Source: Octopus vulgaris
Taxonomy: Eukaryota
DNA length: 64,000 bases
Reading direction: 5' to 3'
Assembly: GCA_951406725.2 (NCBI GenBank)
Contig: OX597815.1
Coordinates: 14,384,001 to 14,448,000, forward strand
Positions 56,102 through 64,000 of the stretch are shown piece after piece; the stretch's first letter is position 1, and each line of letters opens with the position of its first letter. Both the position numbers and the translations under genes were made by a program. A model generated the notes under the pieces. It made no database searches and was not told the origin of the DNA. It saw only the letters and a program-made list of their open reading frames with translations.

Positions 56102-56682
56102 TTGCCTTTTTATCTATGCAGGAATCATTAAGTAATTCGTATCGGTTCTACATCGTTGGTCTTTGGCTGATAGAATTGGTTAAAACAATATCGTGGTGTG
56201 AGCGCTTCGCTATCAGAGCACACATGGGATCTCTGTTGTAAGCTAACGAAATACAATTTCAATGATCACAATGATTGCAGCCATGAATTGTATCACTTCA
56301 TAACGATGGTGGTATTGTTATTGGTGGCGGAGGGGTTTGTTGCTATACCCAGCCTCAGCCCTGGGCGATCAGACCTAGGATCGAAGTCACTTCATTTATG
56401 ATCATATGCCCTTTTTATTAGGTTTGGTTTTTTTTTTGTTTGTTTGTTTGGGGTTTTTTTTTCAACATATCTAACAACAGAATGTAATTTGAGGGTGGTA
56501 TAGCTTTTTATTCTAGCAAGATGAGAGATCACAAATAGCTCCGTTACTGACTCAAAGGCTGCCGCTGCTGTTGCTGTTGCTAATTTTGCTGCTGTTGATT
56601 TCAAATGTTGGCACAGAACTAGAAATCTCGGGATAGAGGTTAAGTTGATTATATCGACCTCCGGGCTCAACCGGTTCATCCC

Positions 56683-56935
56683 TAGTGTGGCAAAGAGTTT
56701 CTTTGGTCTCTTGCTCAACAGCGCCCCACACATAATAATCAAGAGGGATGCAGCCTGAGGAGTTATGTGGGCAGATGTTAGGGGTGGTGTGGTGGCAGAA
56801 ATTGTCTGACAGCTATGACTGGGTTCGCCTGCTTGTGTGGCATGGTGCAGAGTCTTGTTGCCAGACATAGAATCTTCCAGCAGCCACCTCTTGACCCAGG
56901 GCAGAACTACCTCGTCTAGGTACTTGATGTAGCAC
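56683..56935 (-). mobile_element. DD37D (maT-like) transposase fragment
   Basis: Minus strand YIKYLDEVVLPW / YVWQQDSAPCH...CIPLDYYVWG; 37 residues between the last two Asp; stop and frameshift present. Confidence 0.8.
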
Positions 56936-57026
56936 TGAGGAACTTCTGGTTGTTGATTTATCCTTATCAGCCTGATTGTTCACAGGTGTGGGAGATCCAT
57001 TCTTTTCAACATCTTGGTTATTGTCA

Positions 57027-57069
57027 ACACAACATTTCTGCTGATATACCTCCAGCCTTCATCAGGTGT
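57027..57069 (-). ncRNA. Type-I hammerhead-like motif
   Basis: Minus strand ACAC-CTGATGA-AG-GCTG-GAGGTATAT-CAGC-A-GAAA-TG-TT-GTGT. Confidence 0.6.
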
Positions 57070-57197
57070 CTTGGGGAAATTTCGAACCTGGGTTCTCATT
57101 CCTAAGGTATGCATTCACACACGCCCACGCATGTATACATGTATATATTTACATATACACACATATATATTTATAAATATATATTTATGCATATACA

Positions 57198-58441
57198 TTG
57201 GGATGGCAAGAAAGTAGTTTCGTTTTTCGCAAATAGAGTTACAATTTTTTTGAATGACTTTTATCTATGTGAGGATTTTTTTCCTTTTGACATTTTATCG
57301 CGGTTTCCTTTAGCTTACTTTAGAAGCAAATTGCACGTAATGTTGTTTACAGTCGTTAGTTCGGTGTCGATTTTCACTTGCTGTGCAAAAACGAACATTT
57401 TCGCCATATTTTGCTTTTTTATTTCCGTAAAGGCAAGAAAGTTGCTGAGGCTCACAAAGAGATATGTGAAGTTTATGGCATTGATTGCTGAACAGAACGC
57501 ACACGTCAGAAATGGTTTTACATATTCCGTTCTGAAGATCTTTCACTCAAAAATGACCAAAGTTCTGGTCGACCTACTGAAGTTGATGATGTCAGAATCG
57601 AAGCCATAATTGAATCTGATTGTTATATAATTGTGCGAGAGATTGCAGAGAGGTTAAATGTATCATTAAGAATCTCGATACTTGGGGTCTACATAAATTG
57701 AAACAGATTCACTTAGCACATCGAATCAATATTTGCGATACGCATCTCAAATGAAATGAAAGCGACCTTTTTGTAAGCGAATCATCACTGGTGATGAAAA
57801 ATGGATTGTCTGTAATAACATCAATCGAAAGCGATCATGGTTCAAGCGAAATGAACCAGCAAAAACCACATCGAAAGCTGAATTGCATAAAAAAAAGGTC
57901 ATGCTGTCAATTTGGTGGGATTACAAAGGTGTTGTGTATTTTGGACTGCTTCCAAGGAACCAAACGATCAATTCAAATGTTTACTCTCAACAACTAATGA
58001 AACTGGAGGAAGCAATCAAAGAAAAACGACCAGAATTGGTATATCGTAAAGGAATCGTCTTCCACCATGACAACGCTAGGCCACACACGTCTTTGCTAAC
58101 TCGTGAAAAATTATTGGTGCTTGGTTTGGAGGTGGTGTCACATCCACCATATAGCCTTGAAATTGCACCATCAGATTACCATTTATTTCGAAGTTTACAA
58201 AGTTCTTTGAATAGTAAAACTTCCAATAATGATGATGACTTGAAATCTCACTTGCTTCAGTTTTTGCCTGATAAGGACCAGACGTTCTCTGAACGCACAA
58301 CCATGAAGTTGTCAGAATGATGGCAGAAGGTCATCGAACAAAACAGAAATATATATAATTGATTAAAGTTCATTCTTTGTGTGAAGAAAAAATGACTTTT
58401 ATTTCACACTAAAAAACTGAAATTACTTTCTTGCCAACCCA

Positions 58442-58442
<1 letters not shown>
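57198..58442 (+). mobile_element. Mariner (DD34D) transposon, full length, decayed
   Basis: TIRs TTGGG(A/T)TGGCAAGAAAGTA; peptides HFRHILLFYFRKG, IITGDEKW, HDNARPH, PSDYHLF; frameshifts. Confidence 0.93.
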
Positions 58443-58512
<70 letters not shown>

Positions 58513-58584
58513 AACACACACATACACACACATACACACACACACACAAAAGAGAAGTCAACTATCCATAACTTTCCTCTGTAG

Positions 58585-58624
58585 ATTTCCTGAAGAAAAG
58601 GTCCTAACTCTGAAATATTGAAAT
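58585..58624 (+). ncRNA. Minimal type-I hammerhead-like motif
   Basis: ATTTC-CTGAAGA-AAAGGTCCTAACTCT-GAAA-TA-TT-GAAAT; 5-bp stem I, palindromic ATAT stem III, weak stem II. Confidence 0.55.
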
Positions 58625-58779
58625 ACTAATTAACATCGACAATAGTTTAATTTTTTAATTTGCATTTAGAAAGATATACAAAGCATATACTATATACAAT
58701 ATATATACCTATACATACATATACATATATATGTGCATATACATATACATACATATATATATATATATAGATAGATAGA

Positions 58780-58866
<87 letters not shown>

Positions 58867-59218
58867 GCATATACATATAGATAAGTGGTGTGTGTATGTG
58901 TATATCAATACGTTTCTAAATTTTGTCTTCTTATCTAGGTGGCAGTCTAATATGTCTTTATCTCTTTTTGCGTTAAGCTTGGTCTTTTCCCGTTTTCTGA
59001 CATATTTTTTTGTTTTCCCAGATGCTGTCAGCATCTCTATCTCTTTCTTTCTTTCTTTCTTTCTCTGTCTCTCACTCTCTCTCACTCTCTCTCTCTCTCT
59101 CTCTCTCTCTTCATCTTTCTCTCTTTGTGTCTTTCTATCCCTCTTTCTCCTGTCCTTCTGATTTTCTCTCTATGTGTCTCTCTGTCTCTCTTTCTCTCTC
59201 TCTCTATCTTTTTCTCCT

Positions 59219-59259
<41 letters not shown>

Positions 59260-59594
59260 TTCACTGTTTCTGCCCTCCTACATATTCACATTCTCTTCTT
59301 TCGTTTCTACTATACACTAACAAACTCTATTCTTTGATTTATAAAGAACATTGCCTGTTTGGTTACACTCCATGACTTGCTGATTTTTAAAGCATATTAT
59401 GTACATAAAACATCGACTTACTCAACTTCAAATGACAGCAGCAACAACAACAAAAACAACAACAGTAACAACAACAACAACAACAGCAATAACAGCAATA
59501 ATAAATACGCCGACAACTACAAGAGAAACATGAACAACGTCAAATGCAACAGATACAACAAAAAAACAATAACACCATTTATAATAAGGATTTC

Positions 59595-59805
59595 AAATTT
59601 TGGCACAAGGCCAGTAATTTTGAGGGAGGGGATAAGTCCATTTCATCGACCCCTTTGATCAACTGGGGCTCAGTTTATCGAATCAGAAAAATTGAAAGGC
59701 AAAGTCGACCTCGGCGGAATTTGAAGTCATGGCGTAAAAACGAACGGAATATCACTAAGCATTTTACCTAGTGTGCCAACTGTTCTCCCAGTTTCCCGCC
59801 TTTTT
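59595..59805 (-). mobile_element. Diverged family A SINE
   Basis: GAAAGGCAAAGTCGACCTCGGCGGAATTTGAA motif. Confidence 0.7.
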
Positions 59806-60055
59806 CAAATTTTAGCACAAGACCAGCAATTCCGGGGCAGTGGGGTAAGTCGATTGCATGAAGGAAACGGAATATGGATTTAGTACGAGTCTTTATGCAG
59901 CACGACGATCGTTTCGACCCATCAGACTAATAGACATATACCCAAAGTCCAAATAGTTACATACACTCATCTATAAATATATGGTGCCCCAGCATGGCCA
60001 TAGCTTTGAAGGTGAAACATTATAAAGGAATTCAAGGAATATATATATATCTATA

Positions 60056-61213
60056 CTAGCTGGTGTACCCGATAATTCTTGGAGTAAAGATTTTCTATTG
60101 AAACGCCTTATCACTATGATATAAGAAACCAATTTCGTTATAACTGCCACAAAAGATGTATTTTCCGTCACGAAAAAGTACAAAAAACTGTTAGCTGGAG
60201 AAGAGAGAGATTGTTGGAGGTTGGCGAGAGAGGTTTTCAGAGGTTGGCGAGAAAGGTTGTCGGAGGTTGGGGAGATAGGTTGTCGGAGGTTGGCGAGAGG
60301 CAAAGATATTATTATTCCTCGCGAAGGCATCTGGGAAATATATAACTGCTGTCATTCACAGAAAAACTGTTGTTTTACCGTGAGAATAGCGCTAGTGAAG
60401 TGATAAGTGGAATTAGGCAATCGATGATCGAATCCACGCTATGCCTGCATGAAGCCACTACAAATTCGTTGTGAAATAAAAAATTTATCTACTTTCATGG
60501 AAAAAGTGTAACTGTAAAAATGTAGAATTATCGGAGTAATTACCATTCAAAAGCGTATGTATGTATAGAAATGTATGAATGAAGTTTTTAAGGCTTAAGA
60601 TTCAAATTAAGGAAGTGCAATGATAATGTTTAGCAGTTCAAAGCTGTGAGTAGTGAAACGAAGAATCAAATATTGATCACTTCGCTAAAATCTGTAGGTG
60701 GTATGGGTTATTTCCCTTGGGTTGTTTAAATGAAATATTAGTCATATGTACTAGATAGAAGGATCAATTGGAAGGGCCCTATTATCGATTTTCAACAATC
60801 TAAATATGTCACGAGGTTTCCAGACATGAATTCTACTCACGTGTCAAATAAAGTATAAAAGTGATATTGTCTGCAAAAATAAGAAATAGAACACACAAAA
60901 AAGCAATATTCAAAGTAATCGAACATAGACAATGAAATGAGTTATTTCCTTTGAGTGTTTAAATAATATATTGTACTGGTGCTATGGGTTATTTCCCTTG
61001 GGTGTTTAAAGATATAGTTATATGAGGTAGATACAAAGGTCCCTTCCAGAGGCCGTATTATCGATTTTTCAACAATCTAAGTATGTCACAAAGTTACCAG
61101 ACATGAGTTCTACTTACGTGTCAAGTTTCATCAAAATCAATAGAACGATGTAGGAGGAGTTAACTAACAACGCCACAAACAAACACACACCGATTTTCCA
61201 CATATGAAGTAGA
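60056..61213 (-). mobile_element. Non-autonomous Helitron (family H2)
   Basis: Same end layout as 40133-41046; internal 23-bp tandem repeats (about 60218-60300) and duplication near 60700-60845 and 60980-61125. Confidence 0.72.
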
Positions 61214-61900
61214 TATATGATTGTGTGTATGTGTGTGAGTGTCTGTGTGTGATGTGGTAAGCGTAGAGTCACCCCTTAATTACCGTTTTGACCCGGAATA
61301 GTAGTATCTGTCAAGATCCAATCTATGAATTAAATATATTTCCCAAGGGTAGACGAGTCTCCCGTTATATTTGGCAAAGCAGAAGGGAAGACAACTCTTC
61401 TAAGAGAAAGATACTCTGACATAAAACTGGCAGTGTAAACAGTACCAGTCATCTTGCAATGCCTGTCACTGGAAAATCGATCGAGAGAGTGGCAAAAGTG
61501 TTGTACTAGCTTTTGTCACATAAATCCAATGAAGTACGATGTCTCGCTAATGTGAGACGGCTTTCATCTGAGAAGATAAGGCAACAAACGTCTATGTTTT
61601 CATTTATATGTCTAACATAATTTCAAGCTAACGACTACTAAGCTAACAGTTCATCAAGGCAGTATCAGTCTTTGTTGCTAATATATATATATACACAATG
61701 CTAGTACAAGCCATAAATACTGGAATCAAAAATAGGAAATGGTTCAAATATACACAAACCCATTATATAAACTAACTATATCATAAATATATATATATAG
61801 TATCTATAGAGTTAATATTTCACTCAATAATATAGTTGACCAAAATATTAATTAATATAAAAACTAATTTACTTAAATGTAAAAAAGAGGAAATGAAATG

Positions 61901-62368
61901 CAGGTCGTCGTCGACTTACGACCACAAGTGGTTCCAACTTACTGGTCGTAAGTCGATTTGGTGGTAAGTCGACCTATAGGCCTACATATCTTTGTTTTAT
62001 ATGTTTACATTCTTAAGGTAGATTCCCTGGTAAAAGTCACAAACAGCATTCCGTATTATACTATTATACAGGCGTTAGTCTAAAATTTCGGAGTCTCAAG
62101 CAGCCGTCTTATGAACAAATTCGAGGTTGCCTCGATGTCTCCGTGACAGGATATTCGTCCAGCACTCAGGATAATCACCGTGGCGATCGTTAACCAAACC
62201 TAGGGGAAGCTTTTGTTAGCTGACGTCATCCGTAAACGGGTTGATTTCTAAGAAATTAAACCCATTAAATTTTAATTGGACTATTTATTGCTGCTGGGAA
62301 CTGGCGCGCCGATCATCGTAAAGTCGATCGGCTGTAAGTCGGATTGGTCGTAAGTGGACGATGACCTG
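61901..62368. mobile_element. Tigger/pogo-like MITE
   Basis: TIRs CAGGTCGTCGTCGACTTACGACC / GGTCGTAAGTGGACGATGACCTG|TA; subterminal GTAAGTCG repeats. Confidence 0.8.
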
Positions 62369-62844
62369 TATAATGAAAAGAAAAAAACAACGGGGAATTT
62401 ATTTTGTTTTATATGTTTACATTCTTAAGGTAGATTCCCTGGTAAAAGTCACAAACAGCATTCCGTATTATACTATTATACAGGCGTTAGTCTAAAATTT
62501 CGGAGTCTCAAGCAGCCGTCTTATAAACAAATTCGAGGTTGCCTCGATGTCTCCGTGACAGGATATTCATCCAGCACTCAGGGCCGATAATCACCTTGTG
62601 GCGATCGTTAACCAAACCTAGGGGAAGCTTATATATGTATATATATCTATCTATCCGTAGACGGGTTGATTTCTAAGAAATTAAACCCATTAAATTTTAA
62701 TTGGACTATTTATTGCTGCTGGGAACTGGCGCGACCGATCATCGTAAAAAGAATAAGTCCCGGAGTCGGTTGCCGTAGGTCGCATTTCTCGTAAGTGGAC
62801 GACGACCTGTATAATGAAAAGGTAAAACAACGGGAAATTTATTT
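61991..62844. repeat. Tandem duplication (units start at 61991 and 62403) covering the MITE right part and flank
   Basis: Near-identical sequence; the second unit has extra insertions. Confidence 0.9.
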
Positions 62845-63104
62845 AACTTTCCACTAGGATACCTTTGTTTCATATGATCAATATTCCGATACGTTATTCA
62901 TGCAGATACCTAAGGATATGAGGGCATGAAGAGATATTTTGTCTTCTACAAATTAAATATTTTCTTTTAATGTTTCAAAATCGGAACTTGTCCAGGCTAT
63001 AAAGATGACAAAAGACTTTTTTTATTGCTGTCATTAACTAAAGGTTTGCATTTAATAGTAGTGAGTATAGCACAGCTTTTCAACACCAAAATATGTACAC
63101 CTAA

Positions 63105-63324
63105 ACTCTTTACTCTTTTTACTCTTTTACTTGTTTCAGTCATTTGACTGCGGCCATGCTGGAGCACCGCATTTGATCGAGAGCAAATCGACCTCGGGAC
63201 TTATACTTTGTAAGCCCAGTACTTATTCTATCGGTCTCTTTTGCCGAACCGCTAAGTGACGGGGACGTAAACACACCAGCATCGGTTGTCAAGCAATGCT
63301 AGGGGAACAAACACAGACACACAA

Positions 63325-63355
<31 letters not shown>

Positions 63356-63527
63356 CATATATACGACGGGCTTCTTTCAGTTTCCGTCCACCAAATCCAC
63401 TCACAAGACATTGGTCGGCCCGGGGCTATAGCAGAAGACACTTGCCCAAGATGCCACGCAGTGGGACTGAACCCAGAACCATGTGGTTGGTTAGCAAGCT
63501 ACTTACCACACAGCCACTCCTGCGCCT
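63105..63527 (-). mobile_element. CORE-like SINE (family B), full length
   Basis: Nearly identical to 49640-50045. Confidence 0.93.
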
Positions 63528-63815
63528 ATGTGTGCTTAATTTTCTTTGTACTGCTTTAATATATAATTATGTAGAGAAAACCGACCCTTAAATTCTCTCG
63601 CTATCATTCCTTTATAATCAATGCCGTCTGGGTTACACAACGTTGGCTGCATATATAGCAACGTTGGCTGCATATATAGCTGATTTCCAGGGTAGGTTTT
63701 TCATTGACTTTTCAATTTTATTCAATTTTTCCCTTAAAATAGTACTTTGCGCATAATATTAATTTATGCAAGCTAATTTTATTGATAATTTTATATTATA
63801 CATATACATACAATA

Positions 63816-64000
63816 GACGCAGGAGTGGCTGTGTGGTAAGTAGCTTGCTAACCAACCACATGGTTCCGGGTTCAGTCCCACTGCGTGGCATCTTGGGCAA
63901 GGGTCTTCTGCTATACCCTCGGGCCGACCAATGCCTTGTGAGTGGATTTAAGAATAAGTCCCAGGGTCGATTTGGTCGACTAAAAGGCGGTGCTCCAGCA
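63816..64000 (+). mobile_element. CORE-like SINE (family B), internally deleted, runs off the window
   Basis: Head GCAGGAGTGGCTGTGTGG joined directly to the AGAATAAGTCCC tail. Confidence 0.88.

Noticed and set aside
59898-59930. Minus-strand GAAACGATCGTC (HHR 3' half)
   Set aside because: The matching core and stem I 5' strand are missing; fragment only.

Overview
Repeat-saturated, AT-rich eukaryotic DNA with no intact protein-coding gene that I can support. Almost every ORF in the supplied track is a microsatellite artefact. The SINE families present suggest an octopod (Octopus-like) genome; this is inferred from recognising the repeats, not from a search. Contents: very abundant (TA)n, (CA)n, (GATA)n, (GAT)n and (GTA)n microsatellites; four tRNA-derived SINE families; decayed Tc1, mariner (DD34D) and DD37D transposase fossils; a Tigger/pogo-like MITE; four non-autonomous Helitrons; R4/Dong-like and CR1-group LINE fossils; and Penelope-like element termini. 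The main result is about a dozen type-I hammerhead ribozyme (HHR)-like motifs (stem I, CUGANGA, stem II, GAAA, palindromic stem III, UH, stem I) from several unrelated sequence families, on both strands, mostly next to microsatellites. Three families carry the compensatory U3:A8 core pair, and one family shows stem-I covariation. One HHR lies in a 354-bp monomer present as a tandem junction plus an inverted copy (43284-44009), the layout expected of a retrozyme or Penelope pLTR. No ribozyme activity is demonstrated, and most copies carry core mutations.
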